From an uncultured Chloroflexia bacterium (lineage in GTDB: Bacteria > Chloroflexota > Limnocylindria > Limnocylindrales > CSP1-4), in the NCBI GenBank assembly GCA_963813335.1, contig CAWEYL010000001.1, positions 256,001 to 320,000 on the forward strand: 64,000 bases of DNA. Reading direction: 5' to 3'. The translations under genes and the position numbers were made by a program. The notes under the pieces are model-generated. The model was not told the DNA's origin. It searched no databases and saw only the letters and a program-made list of their open reading frames with translations. Below are positions 33,313 to 45,074 of this stretch, piece after piece (the stretch's first letter is position 1; the number at the start of each line of letters is the position of its first letter).

Positions 33313-35790
33313 ATGGATCGCTTCGACAAGTTCACCGACCGCGCCCGCAAGGTCCTGACGCTCGCGCAGGACGAGGCGCAGCGGTTCAACCACAACTACA
33401 TCGGCACGGAGCACCTGCTGCTCGGCCTCGTGCGCGAGGGCGAGGGCGTGGCCGCGCGCGTGCTCGAGAACATGAACGTCGAGCTCGCGAAGGTCCGGAC
33501 CGCCGTCGAGTTCATCATCGGGCGCGGCGACCGCCCCGTCGTCGGCGAGGTGGGACTCACGCCGCGGGCGAAGCGGGTCATCGAGCTGGCCATCGACGAG
33601 GCGCGCCGGCTCGGGCACAACTACATCGGCACGGAGCACCTGCTCCTGGGCCTCGTCCGCGAGGGCGAGGGGATCGCCGCCGGTGTCCTGGAGTCGCTCG
33701 GCGTGAACCTCGACAAGGTCCGCCACGAGGTCATCCGGGTCCTGTCGCAGAGCTCCTCCGCCGGGCCGTCCGCCCAGGAGACGAAGCGCGCGAGCAAGAC
33801 GCCGACCGTCGACCAGCTCGGCATCAACCTCACGGAGGCGGCCCGCGCGGGCAAGCTCGACCCGGTCATCGGCCGCGAGAAGGAGATCGAGCGGGTCATC
33901 CAGATCCTGTCGCGGCGGACCAAGAACAACCCGGCGCTCATCGGTGAGCCCGGGGTCGGGAAGACCGCCATCGCCGAAGGCCTCGCCCACCGCATCATCG
34001 CCGGCGACGTGCCCGAGACGCTCCTCAACAAGCGGGTCCTGACGCTGGACATCGGATCGCTGGTCGCCGGGACGAAGTACCGCGGCGAGTTCGAGGAGCG
34101 CCTGAAGAAGATCATCGAGGAGCTGCGCAACACCAACGACGCCGTGCTCTTCATCGACGAGCTGCACACCCTGGTCGGGGCGGGCGCGGCCGAGGGCGCG
34201 ATCGATGCCGCCAACATCCTGAAGCCGCCGCTCGCCCGCGGCGAGCTCCAGTGCATCGGCGCGACGACGCTCGACGAGTACCGCAAGTACATCGAGCGCG
34301 ACGCGGCGCTCGAGCGCCGCTTCCAGCCGGTCATGGTCGAGGAGCCGACCCTCGAGCAGACCGTCGACATCCTCATGGGCATCCGCGAGCGCTACGAGCA
34401 GCACCACAAGGTGACCATCAGCGACGAGGCCGTGAAGGCCGCGGCGGACCTGTCGACCCGCTACATCACCGACCGCCACCTGCCCGACAAGGCCATCGAC
34501 CTGATCGACGAGGCCGCGTCGCGCGTCCGCCTGCGCCACTCGAGCGCACCGCCCGCCCTGCGCGAGGCGCAGAAGGACCTCGAGCGGATCACCAAGGAGA
34601 AGGACGCGGCGATCAACAACCAGGAATACGAGGAAGCCGCGACGCTGCGCGAGGCCGAGGCCACGGCGCGCGAGACCGCGGACGCGCTGCGGACCGAATG
34701 GCAGTCCTCGATGTCCGGCGACCAGCCCGTCGTCGACGAGGAGGAGATCGCCCAGGTCGTGGCGATGTGGACCGGCATCCCCGTGACGCGCATCGCCCAG
34801 GAGGAGTCGGAGCGGCTGCTCCACATGGAGGACGCGCTGCACAACCGGGTCATCGGCCAGCAGGAGGCGATCGAGATCGTCTCGAAGGCGGTCCGCCGCG
34901 CACGCGCCGGCCTCAAGGATCCGAAGCGGCCGATCGGCTCGTTCATCTTCCTCGGACCGACCGGCGTCGGGAAGACGGAGCTCGCCAAGGCGCTCGCCGA
35001 GTTCATGTTCGGCAGCGAGGACGCCCTGATCAAGATCGACATGAGCGAGTTCATGGAGCGCCACAACGTCAGCCGGCTGGTCGGGGCGCCCCCCGGCTAC
35101 GTGGGCTTCGACGAGGGCGGCCAGCTGACGGAGGCCGTCCGGCGCAAGAGCTACGCGGTCGTCCTGCTCGACGAGGTCGAGAAGGCGCACCCGGAGGTCT
35201 TCAACATCCTCCTCCAGATCCTGGAGGACGGGCACCTCTCCGACGCCAAGGGCCGCCGGGTCGACTTCCGCAACTGCATCATCATCATGACCTCGAACCT
35301 CGGCGCGAAGCAGCTCCAGACGAACTCGAGCCTGGGCTTCCGCGTCACCGGCGACACCGACGCGTCGAAGGCCCAGATCTCGTACGACCTGATGAAGGAC
35401 AAGGTCAACGCCGAGCTGAAGCAGGCGTTCCGGCCCGAGTTCCTCAACCGCATCGACGCCACGGTCGTCTTCCGCTCGCTGACGGTCGAGGAGATCACGC
35501 TGATCGTCGACCTGATGCTCGCCCGCGTGCGCGACCAGCTGCGGGCGCAGCAGATGTCGCTCGAGGTCACCGAGGCGGCCAAGGAGCACATCATCAAGCT
35601 GGGCTACGACGTGGCCTACGGCGCGCGACCGCTGCGCCGGGTGATCCAGAACATGGTCGAGGACGTCCTCGCCGAGCACCTCCTGCTCGGCCGCTACGAG
35701 CCGGGCACGACGATCGTCGTCGACCGGGACCCGGAAGCCGGCCTGGACATCCACGCTGCGGAGCCGCGCACGCCGGTCGAGGCGCTCTGA
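33313..35790 (+). CDS. clpC: ATP-dependent Clp protease ATPase ClpC
   Basis: Twin Clp-N repeats ([13 protein letters not shown]), [19 protein letters not shown] middle domain, LGF ClpP-binding loop. Confidence 0.97.
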   Translation: MDRFDKFTDRARKVLTLAQDEAQRFNHNYIGTEHLLLGLVREGEGVAARVLENMNVELAKVRTAVEFIIGRGDRPVVGEVGLTPRAKRVIELAIDEARRLGHNYIGTEHLLLGLVREGEGIAAGVLESLGVNLDKVRHEVIRVLSQSSSAGPSAQETKRASKTPTVDQLGINLTEAARAGKLDPVIGREKEIERVIQILSRRTKNNPALIGEPGVGKTAIAEGLAHRIIAGDVPETLLNKRVLTLDIGSLVAGTKYRGEFEERLKKIIEELRNTNDAVLFIDELHTLVGAGAAEGAIDAANILKPPLARGELQCIGATTLDEYRKYIERDAALERRFQPVMVEEPTLEQTVDILMGIRERYEQHHKVTISDEAVKAAADLSTRYITDRHLPDKAIDLIDEAASRVRLRHSSAPPALREAQKDLERITKEKDAAINNQEYEEAATLREAEATARETADALRTEWQSSMSGDQPVVDEEEIAQVVAMWTGIPVTRIAQEESERLLHMEDALHNRVIGQQEAIEIVSKAVRRARAGLKDPKRPIGSFIFLGPTGVGKTELAKALAEFMFGSEDALIKIDMSEFMERHNVSRLVGAPPGYVGFDEGGQLTEAVRRKSYAVVLLDEVEKAHPEVFNILLQILEDGHLSDAKGRRVDFRNCIIIMTSNLGAKQLQTNSSLGFRVTGDTDASKAQISYDLMKDKVNAELKQAFRPEFLNRIDATVVFRSLTVEEITLIVDLMLARVRDQLRAQQMSLEVTEAAKEHIIKLGYDVAYGARPLRRVIQNMVEDVLAEHLLLGRYEPGTTIVVDRDPEAGLDIHAAEPRTPVEAL

Positions 35791-35824
35791 GGGTGGGCGC
35801 CCGGCGCGCCCGAGGTCGCTGACG

Positions 35825-37267
35825 GTGGCTCGAGCCGAGAGTCGCTACGTCTGCCAGAGCTGCGGTGAAGCCTTCCTGCGCTGGGAGGGCCAATGCCGTG
35901 CCTGCGGCGGCTGGAACAGCCTGGTCGAGACCGTCATCCGCTCGCCGGGCCGCGCCGAGCGTGCCATGGCGCGGGTCACGGGCCCCTCGGACCGCCCGAC
36001 CCCCACGCCACTGAGCGCGGTCGCCGAGGAGACCGTCCCGCGCCGCGCGATCGGGATCGGGGAGCTGGACCGGGTGCTCGGCGGCGGCCTGGTCGCCGGC
36101 GCCGTCGTCCTGCTCGGCGGCGAGCCCGGGATCGGCAAGTCCACGCTCCTCCTGCAGTCGACCGCCGGCCTGGTCGCCGACGCCGGGTCGGCCGGGGCGC
36201 TCTATGCGACGGGAGAGGAATCGGCATCGCAGGTCCGCCTGCGCGCGGCCAGGCTCGGGCTGCTCGACGGCGAGGTCGGGGCGCGGATCCGGATCCTCGC
36301 CGAGAACGACATCGACCGCGTGATCGAGGCCGCCCGAGCCGAGCCGCCGGCTGTCCTCGTGGTCGACTCCGTCCAGACCGCGATGGTCGCCGAGCTCGAT
36401 GGCGCGCCGGGCAGCGTCGGCCAGGTCCGCGAGGCGACGCTCCGGCTGATGGCCTTCGCGAAGGGGGAGGGGATCGCGGTGATCCTGGCCGGTCACGTCA
36501 CCAAGGACGGGTCGATCGCCGGCCCCAAGACCCTCGAGCACCTCGTCGACGCGGTCCTGAGCCTCGAAGGCGAGCGGACGTCGGCGCTGCGCCTGCTGCG
36601 CGCCACCAAGAACCGCTTCGGGTCCACCGAGGAGGTCGGCGTCTTCGAGATGGGGGAGCACGGCCTCGCCGAGGTGACCGACCCGGCCCGGGCATTCCTG
36701 GCCGATCACGACGAGCCGGCACCGGGCAGCGTCATCGCGCCGACGCTCGAGGGCAGCCGCCCGCTGCTGGTCGAGGTCCAGGCCCTGGTCGCGGCCGCCC
36801 GGTACGGCTCGCCGACGCGGCGCGCCAGCGGGCTCGACCCGAACCGGCTCAGCCTCCTGCTCGCGGTGCTGGGGCGCCGTGCGGGCATCGGCCTGGCGGG
36901 CCACGACGTCTATGCGAACCTCGCCGGCGGGCTCACGGTCGTCGAACCGGGGCTGGACCTGCCCCTCGCCCTCGCCCTCGCTTCGTCCCTGCGCGACCGG
37001 CCGGTGGGTCCGGGGCTCGTCGCCATCGGCGAGGTCGGCCTGCTCGGGGAGCTGCGCCCAGTCCCCGGCCTGGACCGCCGTCTGCGCGAGGCGGCGCGGC
37101 TCGGCTTCGGGCGCGCGATCGTGCCCCGGTCCGCGCCGGGCGGACGGTCCGCCACGGCCCCGGACATCGAGGTCATCGCCGTCGCCACGCTCGCCGACGC
37201 CATCCGCGCCGCGCTCGGCGCCGGTTCGACGGGGCGTGGCGAGCCCGTGCCGGCGATGCTAGGCTGA
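35825..37267 (+). CDS. radA: DNA repair protein RadA/Sms
   Basis: C4 zinc finger, GEPGIGKST, KNRFG. Confidence 0.96.
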   Translation: MARAESRYVCQSCGEAFLRWEGQCRACGGWNSLVETVIRSPGRAERAMARVTGPSDRPTPTPLSAVAEETVPRRAIGIGELDRVLGGGLVAGAVVLLGGEPGIGKSTLLLQSTAGLVADAGSAGALYATGEESASQVRLRAARLGLLDGEVGARIRILAENDIDRVIEAARAEPPAVLVVDSVQTAMVAELDGAPGSVGQVREATLRLMAFAKGEGIAVILAGHVTKDGSIAGPKTLEHLVDAVLSLEGERTSALRLLRATKNRFGSTEEVGVFEMGEHGLAEVTDPARAFLADHDEPAPGSVIAPTLEGSRPLLVEVQALVAAARYGSPTRRASGLDPNRLSLLLAVLGRRAGIGLAGHDVYANLAGGLTVVEPGLDLPLALALASSLRDRPVGPGLVAIGEVGLLGELRPVPGLDRRLREAARLGFGRAIVPRSAPGGRSATAPDIEVIAVATLADAIRAALGAGSTGRGEPVPAMLG

Positions 37268-37325
37268 CGCACCCGTCCGGACCGTTCCGGGTGCGGGGAC
37301 GCCGGCACACTCCGAGAGGGAGTCG

Positions 37326-38387
37326 TTGATCCGTTACATCCGTGTCCTGGGCGCCCTGCTCGGAGGGTCGATCGGGCTCGTCCTGGCGACGACCGGCACC
37401 GGGCTGTTCCACGACTACGACGCCTCCGGTGCGCTCGTCGCCCTGTGGGTCGTGGCCTGGATGGTCGTCGGGTTCGGCGTGCTCCCCTACCTCACGGTCG
37501 TCCCGGCAACGTGGCTGATCCGTCGGGTCGAGGCGCTCTCGACCGCCGAGTTCGTGACCGCGATCGTCGGCCTCCTCATCGGGCTCCTGCTCGGCCTCCT
37601 CCTTGGGTTGCCCCTGTCGCGGCTCCCCGACCCGTTCGGGACGTGGCTGCCGCTCGGCGTCTCGATCTTCCTCGGGCTCGGGATGCTCGGCCTGACCGTG
37701 GCCAAGCGACAGGACCTCCTGATCGCCGCGGAGGCCATGGGCTTCCTCCGCCGGCCGCCGGCAGAGCCCGCCGAGGGCCGCCTGACCGGGGAGCCGCACA
37801 TCATCGTGGACACGAGCGCGATCATCGACGGGCGCATCGCGGAGATCGTCGAATTGGGGTTCATCTACGGCACCCTCGTCGTGCCGCGCATCGTGCTCGA
37901 CGAGCTGCAGCACATCGCCGACAGCTCCGACACGCTCCGCCGCAATCGGGGCCGGCGCGGTCTCGAGATCCTGTCGCGCATGCAGAAGGACCCCGGGACC
38001 CCGGTCGAGATCATCGAGGACGACGTTCCCGACGTGGCCGAGGTCGACGCCAAGCTGGTCGCGCTCGCCCGCGCCCGGAGCCGCGTGATCCTGACCAATG
38101 ACTACAACCTGAACCGCGTCGCCGAGCTGCAGGGCGTCCGGGTCATGAACATCAACTCGCTGGCGAACGCGGTGAAGCCCGCCGTGCTGCCGGGCGAGGA
38201 GCTCCGCGTGCGGGTCATCCAGGAGGGCAAGGAGGCCGGCCAGGGCGTCGGGTTCCTCGACGACGGCACGATGATCGTGGTCGAGGGCGGCGCGCGACAC
38301 ATCGACCACGACGTCGACGTGTCGGTGACCCGCGTGCTCCAGACCGTGGCCGGCAGGATGATCTTCGCCCAGCCGCGACTCGATTGA
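37326..38387 (+). CDS. Membrane PIN/TRAM domain protein (YacL-like)
   Basis: N-terminal TM helices, VDTSAIIDGRI, TNDYNLNRVA, GFLDDGTMIVVE. Confidence 0.93.
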   Translation: MIRYIRVLGALLGGSIGLVLATTGTGLFHDYDASGALVALWVVAWMVVGFGVLPYLTVVPATWLIRRVEALSTAEFVTAIVGLLIGLLLGLLLGLPLSRLPDPFGTWLPLGVSIFLGLGMLGLTVAKRQDLLIAAEAMGFLRRPPAEPAEGRLTGEPHIIVDTSAIIDGRIAEIVELGFIYGTLVVPRIVLDELQHIADSSDTLRRNRGRRGLEILSRMQKDPGTPVEIIEDDVPDVAEVDAKLVALARARSRVILTNDYNLNRVAELQGVRVMNINSLANAVKPAVLPGEELRVRVIQEGKEAGQGVGFLDDGTMIVVEGGARHIDHDVDVSVTRVLQTVAGRMIFAQPRLD

Positions 38388-39628
38388 GCGCGGCCGCGCC
38401 CCGCGGCCCGGCGGGCGGGTCGCCCGTGGCGGATGCCATCGTCGTCGCCGCCGGCCGCTCGGCCCGGATGGGCGGCACCGACAAGCTGTACGCCCCCGTC
38501 GCCGGCCGCCCGCTGCTGGCCTGGACACTCGAGGCGCTCGCGGCCGTGGCCGAGGTCGAGCGGATCGTGGTCGTGACGGCCGCGGACCGGACCGAGGCGG
38601 TCCGCCGCGGCGACTGGCTGCCGGCCAAGGTCGTCGCGGTCGTCGACGGCGGCGACCGCCGCCAGGCGTCCGTCGCCGCCGGGCTCCAGGCACTCGATGG
38701 CGCGCCTCTCGCGGCGGACGGTGACGCCCGGGCCCGCGCTGCCCGGGTCGTCCTCGTCCACGACGGGGCGCGTCCCCTCGTGTCGCCGGGCCTCGTCCGC
38801 GAGGTCATCCGGGCGACTGCCGCGCACGGTGCCGCGATCCCGGTGCTGCCGGTCGCGGAGACGCTCAAGCGGATCGAGGGCGAGCGCGTGGCCGGGACCG
38901 TCGACCGCGACGGGCTGGCGTCCGCGCAGACCCCCCAGGGGATCCGGGCCGACGTGTTCCGGGCGGCGCTCTCGCGCTATCCGGCGGACGGGCCCGAGAC
39001 GTGGACCGACGAGGCCTCCCTGCTGGAGGCCTGTACCATCGAGGTCCATGTCGTGCCTGGTGACCCGAGCAATCTCAAGGTGACGCTGCCCGCCGACCTC
39101 GCCCGGGTCTCGCAGGCGCTCGAGCGCGGCGCCGCGCGCCGCACCGGCATCGGCCACGACTCGCACCCGTTCGGACCCGGCGAGCCACTCGCGCTCGGGG
39201 GGATCCGCATCGCCGGCGCGCCGCGCCTGTATGGCCATTCCGATGGCGACGTCGCCCTGCACGCGGTCTGCGACGCGATCCTCGGGGCGGCCGGCCTGGG
39301 CGATCTCGGGCGGCTCTTCCCGGCCGGGCCATCGACGCCGGCGGGCGTCGAGAGCGCCGCGCTCCTGGCGGACGTGGTCGAACGGGCCGCCGCCGCCGGC
39401 TGGCGGGTGGCAGCGCTCGACCTCACGATCGTCGGTGCGCGCCCGCGTCTCGGCGCGCACCTCGACGCGATGCGCGCGGCCATCGCGTCGCTGGCCGCCG
39501 TCGAACCGGGCGCGGTCAACGTCAAGGCGTCGACCGGCAACCTCGACGGGTCCGACGGCGCCGGGCGGACGGTGTCGGCGCTCGCGCTGGCCACCCTCGT
39601 GGCGGACGCGCGGGAGCGGGCCTCATGA
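38384..39628 (+). CDS. ispDF: Bifunctional IspD/IspF (MEP pathway)
   Basis: AAGRSARMG..K, LVHDGARP, QTPQ; then GIGHDSH, HSDGDVALHA, NVKAST. Confidence 0.93.
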   Translation: MSAAAPRGPAGGSPVADAIVVAAGRSARMGGTDKLYAPVAGRPLLAWTLEALAAVAEVERIVVVTAADRTEAVRRGDWLPAKVVAVVDGGDRRQASVAAGLQALDGAPLAADGDARARAARVVLVHDGARPLVSPGLVREVIRATAAHGAAIPVLPVAETLKRIEGERVAGTVDRDGLASAQTPQGIRADVFRAALSRYPADGPETWTDEASLLEACTIEVHVVPGDPSNLKVTLPADLARVSQALERGAARRTGIGHDSHPFGPGEPLALGGIRIAGAPRLYGHSDGDVALHAVCDAILGAAGLGDLGRLFPAGPSTPAGVESAALLADVVERAAAAGWRVAALDLTIVGARPRLGAHLDAMRAAIASLAAVEPGAVNVKASTGNLDGSDGAGRTVSALALATLVADARERAS

Positions 39629-41034
39629 CGCTGCGGCTGCACGACACGCTGTCGGGTGAGACGAGGCCGCTGGCACCGCTCGACGGCGAGACGGTCCGCA
39701 TGTACTCGTGCGGGCCGACCGTCTACGGCCCGGCGCACATCGGCAACTTCCGCTCGTTCCTGTTCGCCGACCTGCTGGTCCGCTACCTGCGCTGGCGCGG
39801 CCAGCCCGTCCGCTGGGTGATGAACATCACCGACATCGACGACAAGATCATCCGTGGCGCGGCGGCGGCGGGCGTCTCGATCGGCGAGCTCGCCGATCGC
39901 TATCTCGCGGGGTTCCTCGAGGACGCCGCGGCCCTGCGGATGACGACGCCCGACGTCCTGCCGCGGGCGACCGAGCACATCGACGAGATCGTGGCCCTCA
40001 TCACCACGCTGCTCGACGGCGAGCATGCCTACCGGACGGACGACGGCTCGATCTTCTTTCGGATCGCCTCGTGGCCGGCGTACGGCCGGCTCGCCCGACT
40101 CGACCCGGAACAGCTCCGTGTCGGCGAGCGTGTCGAGGCCGACGAGTACGCGAAGGACGACGTCCGCGACTTCGCGCTCTGGAAAGGGCCCAAGCCGGGT
40201 GAGCCGAGCTGGGACACGGCGATCGGCCCGGGGCGCCCCGGCTGGCACATCGAGTGCTCCGCGATGAGCATGGCCCACCTGGGGCCGTCCTTCGACATCC
40301 ACACCGGCGGTGTCGACCTGATCTTCCCGCACCACGAGGACGAGATCGCCCAGAGCGAGGCCGCGACCGGGCAGCCGTTCGTCGCGACCTGGCTCCACTG
40401 CGCCCACCTCCAGATGGGCGGCGCCAAGATGGCCAAGTCGCTCGGGAACATCGCCCGTGTCGGCGACCTTCTCGCCCAGGGGATCTCCCCCCGAGCGCTG
40501 CGCTACGCGCTCATCGCGGTCCACTACCGCGCCCGGCTCGACTCGTCCGAGGCATCGCTCGCCGCGGCCGGCGCGGCGGTCGCCCGGCTCGATGCGGCAC
40601 TGGCCGCCCTCGACGCCTACCGCGAGGACCGACCCGACGATCCGACGATCGCCGACCTGCTGGCGAGCGCGCGGACGGCCTTCGCGGACGCGCTCGATGA
40701 CGACCTCAACATCTCAGCCGGGCTGGCGGCCGTGTTCGATCTGGTCCGCGAGTCGAACCGGCGGATCGAGGCGCGATCGATCTCGACCGCCGACGCGGCC
40801 GCGATCGCGGACGGGCTGCGCGACCTCGACCGGGTCCTCGGGGTCCTGCCCGACGGCGAGGCGCTGGATCCGGAGAGCGCCGCGCTCCTCGAAGCGCGGG
40901 CCGCGGCGCGGGCGGCCCGCGACTGGGCCGGATCCGACCGGCTTCGCGACGAGCTGGTGGCCCGCGGGATCGCCGTCGAGGACACGCGCGACGGTCAGCG
41001 CTGGCGGCGTCTCGAGGCGGTCGGCCGTGGCTGA
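39625..41034 (+). CDS. cysS: Cysteine-tRNA ligase
   Basis: CGPTVY..AHIGN, DFALWK, GRPGWHIECSAM, KMAKSLGN. Confidence 0.97.
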   Translation: MTLRLHDTLSGETRPLAPLDGETVRMYSCGPTVYGPAHIGNFRSFLFADLLVRYLRWRGQPVRWVMNITDIDDKIIRGAAAAGVSIGELADRYLAGFLEDAAALRMTTPDVLPRATEHIDEIVALITTLLDGEHAYRTDDGSIFFRIASWPAYGRLARLDPEQLRVGERVEADEYAKDDVRDFALWKGPKPGEPSWDTAIGPGRPGWHIECSAMSMAHLGPSFDIHTGGVDLIFPHHEDEIAQSEAATGQPFVATWLHCAHLQMGGAKMAKSLGNIARVGDLLAQGISPRALRYALIAVHYRARLDSSEASLAAAGAAVARLDAALAALDAYREDRPDDPTIADLLASARTAFADALDDDLNISAGLAAVFDLVRESNRRIEARSISTADAAAIADGLRDLDRVLGVLPDGEALDPESAALLEARAAARAARDWAGSDRLRDELVARGIAVEDTRDGQRWRRLEAVGRG

Positions 41035-42901
41035 CAAGCCGCGCAACGACGATCCAGACCGCCGTCCGAGACCCAGCGGTGGGGGGAAGGGGCACGGCGG
41101 TGCGCCGCGGTCGGGTCCACCCCGCTCCGGCGCGCCACGGTCCGGTCCGCCGCGGTCCGGCCCGCCGCGCTCGGGACCGCCCCGATCAGGGCCGCCCGGT
41201 CGCCCGCCTGGCGCCTACGAACCCGATCGCCGTCCGCCCGGCGGCAGCTTCGACGGCCCACCGCGCCACGGCGCACCGCGCCACGACGGTCCGCCGCGGC
41301 CGTACGACCGTGGGCCGCGTCGCCCGCCGGGACCCCCGTCGGACCGGCGGCCACCCCAGCATCGCGGCGGCCCGTCCGACGGGCCGCCGGAGCACCGCGG
41401 CCACCGGCCTCCGGACCATGCCGCCGACCGATCGACCTACGACCGGCCGTTCCGCTCGGACGACCGACCGCGACCCCCCGATCGCGACCGACCGTTCGAA
41501 CGCGGCCGTCCTCCGGACCACCGGCGTCCGCCGGACCGCGGCCGCCCGCCCGGCTACGACCGCCCGCGCGGTCCCGGCCGACCAGGTCCGTGGGCCCGCG
41601 ACGCGCGTCCCCCCTATCCGGGTCGCGGACCCGGCCCACGGCCGGACCGACCGTTCCAGCCGACGCCGGCGCTGCCCCCGCCCGACCTCATCGGCGCGGA
41701 TGAGGAGCTGATCGCCGGCCGCCGTCCGGTCGAGGAGGCCTTCGCCGCTCGCCGGGAGGCCCGCCGCCTGCTCGTCGTGCCGCAACGCCGCCAGGCCCTC
41801 GAGCGCCTCGTGCTCCATGCCACGAGCCTGCGCATCCCCATCGTCGAGCTGGAGGGCGGGTCGCTGACGGCGCTCGCGGGCTTCGACGGCCATCAGGGGA
41901 TCGGGCTCGTCGTCGCGCCGCGGCAGTGGGCGACCATCGAGGACATCCTTGCCCGCGCCCTCGAGCGCGGCGAGCCACCGTTCGTGCTGGTCCTGGACTC
42001 GCTCGAGGATCCGCAGAACGTCGGGACCCTCCTGCGCAGCGCCGAGGCCGCGGGGATCCACGGGGTCCTCTTCCCGACCCACCGCCAGGCGCCGCTCACC
42101 CCCTCCGCGGTGAAAGCCTCGGCGGGAGCGACCGAGCACCTCCTGCTCTGCCCGGTCGATGACCTCGCCGGCGGGCTTGCCGACCTCCATGTGCGCGGCC
42201 TGCGGGTCGCGGGCGCCGAGGCCGACGCCGCGCTCACGGTCCGGCAGAGCGACCTTCGCGGACCGCTGGCCATCGTGGTCGGGAGCGAGGGCCAGGGCCT
42301 CGGTCCGGCCGTGCGTCGGCGCTGCGACCTGTTCATGCGGATCCCCATGCGCGGGGCGATCGGTTCGCTGAACGCCGCGGTCGCGGGGTCGATCCTGCTC
42401 TTCGAGGCCTTGTCGCAGCGAGACCCGGACGGTCGCTCGACGCCGCCGCTGCCCTTCGATGCCCCGAGGATGTCCGAACCCGACGAGGCGGCACGCGTGG
42501 ACGGCTCCGCCGACGCAGACGCGATCGCCGGCGCGACGGCCGCGGAGGAGGTCGTGGCCGCCACCGTGCCGCCATCGAAACGGACGCGGCCGGCGAAGGC
42601 CGCGGGCCCGGTCAGGGTCGAGAAGCCGGCCAGGGCGGCAGCGCCAACCAAGGCCGCGACGGCAACGAAGGCCGAGAAGCCGGCCAAGGCCGAGAAGCCG
42701 GTCAAGGCCGACAAGCCACCGAAGGCCGACAAGCCACCGAAGGCCGAGAAGGCACCGAAGGCCGGAAAGCCAGCCAAGGCCGCGAAGCCGGCCAAGGCGA
42801 CGTCGCCGGTCCACGACGACCTGCTTCCCGGCGAGCCGGCAGCGCCGCCGTCCGCCCCGCCGGCGGCGAGGACGAGGAAGCCGCGCACCCCCCGCGCTTG
42901 A
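41027..42901 (+). CDS. rlmB: 23S rRNA Gm2251 methyltransferase RlmB with long disordered N- and C-terminal extensions
   Basis: HQG, LDSLEDPQNVG.LLRSA, GSEGQG, IPMRG.IGSLNAAVA; GTG at 41027 overlaps the end of cysS. Confidence 0.9.
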   Translation: MADKPRNDDPDRRPRPSGGGKGHGGAPRSGPPRSGAPRSGPPRSGPPRSGPPRSGPPGRPPGAYEPDRRPPGGSFDGPPRHGAPRHDGPPRPYDRGPRRPPGPPSDRRPPQHRGGPSDGPPEHRGHRPPDHAADRSTYDRPFRSDDRPRPPDRDRPFERGRPPDHRRPPDRGRPPGYDRPRGPGRPGPWARDARPPYPGRGPGPRPDRPFQPTPALPPPDLIGADEELIAGRRPVEEAFAARREARRLLVVPQRRQALERLVLHATSLRIPIVELEGGSLTALAGFDGHQGIGLVVAPRQWATIEDILARALERGEPPFVLVLDSLEDPQNVGTLLRSAEAAGIHGVLFPTHRQAPLTPSAVKASAGATEHLLLCPVDDLAGGLADLHVRGLRVAGAEADAALTVRQSDLRGPLAIVVGSEGQGLGPAVRRRCDLFMRIPMRGAIGSLNAAVAGSILLFEALSQRDPDGRSTPPLPFDAPRMSEPDEAARVDGSADADAIAGATAAEEVVAATVPPSKRTRPAKAAGPVRVEKPARAAAPTKAATATKAEKPAKAEKPVKADKPPKADKPPKAEKAPKAGKPAKAAKPAKATSPVHDDLLPGEPAAPPSAPPAARTRKPRTPRA

Positions 42902-42975
42902 CCGGTCCCCGCAGGCGGCCATATCATTCCCCGGCGCCGGAATCTGGTCCTCTGCGGTAAGGCCTTGCCCGTCGC

Positions 42976-43051
42976 GCCGACGTAGCTCAATTGGTAGAGC
43001 AGCGGTTTTGTAAACCGCAGGTTCCGGGTTCGAGTCCCGTCGTCGGCTCCA
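42976..43051 (+). tRNA. tRNA-Thr(TGT)
   Basis: GCGGT-TTTGTAA-ACCGC arm, CCA; promoter TTGACC-18-TATCAT upstream. Confidence 0.96.
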
Positions 43052-43117
43052 GCGCACATCCAATCGGTGGCCGGATCCACCTCGGGCCGCAGCTCGATCC
43101 GGCGCCGCCGCCACAGT

Positions 43118-43199
43118 GGGTCGGTTGAGCAACGGCGGCTCGCCTGGCTGTAGACCAGGTCCGAAAGGCATGGGGGTTCGAATCCCTCCCGGCCCACCA
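43118..43199 (+). tRNA. tRNA-Tyr(GTA)
   Basis: GGGTCGG/CCGGCCC acceptor stem, CCTGG-CTGTAGA-CCAGG arm, short variable arm, A73-CCA; located in the Thr-Tyr-Thr-tuf cluster. Confidence 0.88.
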
Positions 43200-43228
43200 T
43201 TTTCGACATCTCTCGCGCTAGCTCCCGG

Positions 43229-43304
43229 GCCCACATAGCTCAGCTGGCAGAGCACTTCCTTGGTAAGGAAGAGGTCATCGGTTCGAGTCCGATTGTGGGC
43301 TCCA
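43229..43304 (+). tRNA. tRNA-Thr(GGT)
   Basis: CTTCC-TTGGTAA-GGAAG arm, CCA. Confidence 0.96.
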
Positions 43305-43380
43305 CCCACTGTCGGCTGAGCCGATCGGGGGAGCCCCGGTCCACAGCGGCATCGCCGCGACAGAAGGAGTACACGGTCAC

Positions 43381-44577
<1,197 letters not shown>

Positions 44578-44584
44578 GGACGAG

Positions 44585-44749
44585 ATGGCGAAGGTCGAAG
44601 CCCGTCCCACGATCCAGCTCGCCTGCACCGAGTGCAAGGAGCGGACGTACACGACGCGAAAGAACAAGCGCAACGATCCCAACCGGATCGAGCTCCAGAA
44701 ATACTGCCCACGCTGTCGACGCCATACACTGCACCGTGAGGCCAAGTAA
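44585..44749 (+). CDS. rpmG: 50S ribosomal protein L33 (zinc-binding type)
   Basis: [54 protein letters not shown]; below the ORF-track cutoff. Confidence 0.96.
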   Translation: MAKVEARPTIQLACTECKERTYTTRKNKRNDPNRIELQKYCPRCRRHTLHREAK

Positions 44750-44765
44750 GCCAGGCCTCCACCGC

Positions 44766-44841
44766 AGGGGTGTAGCTCAATTGGCAGAGCACTGGTCTCC
44801 AAAACCAGCGGTTGTAGGTTCGAGTCCTATCGCCCCTGCCA
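44766..44841 (+). tRNA. tRNA-Trp(CCA)
   Basis: CTGGT-CTCCAAA-ACCAG arm; between rpmG and secE. Confidence 0.96.
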
Positions 44842-44875
44842 CTTCCGCCCGTAGCCGAAGAGAAGAACCACCGAC

Positions 44876-45064
44876 GTGAAGCGCATCCGCCGATACTTCA
44901 GTGAAGTCGTGTCAGAACTCCGCAAGGTGTCCTGGCCGACGCTCGAGCAGGTCCGCAACCTGACCGTGCTGGTCTTCGCCATCAGCTTCGTGATCGGGCT
45001 CTACATCACTGTCCTCGACAGCTTCTTCCGAGGCGTCGTCGGCATTCTGGCCACGGCCGGCTAG
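44876..45064 (+). CDS. secE: Preprotein translocase SecE
   Basis: ELRKVSWPT followed by one TM helix. Confidence 0.95.
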   Translation: MKRIRRYFSEVVSELRKVSWPTLEQVRNLTVLVFAISFVIGLYITVLDSFFRGVVGILATAG

Positions 45065-45074
45065 GACGACGACG

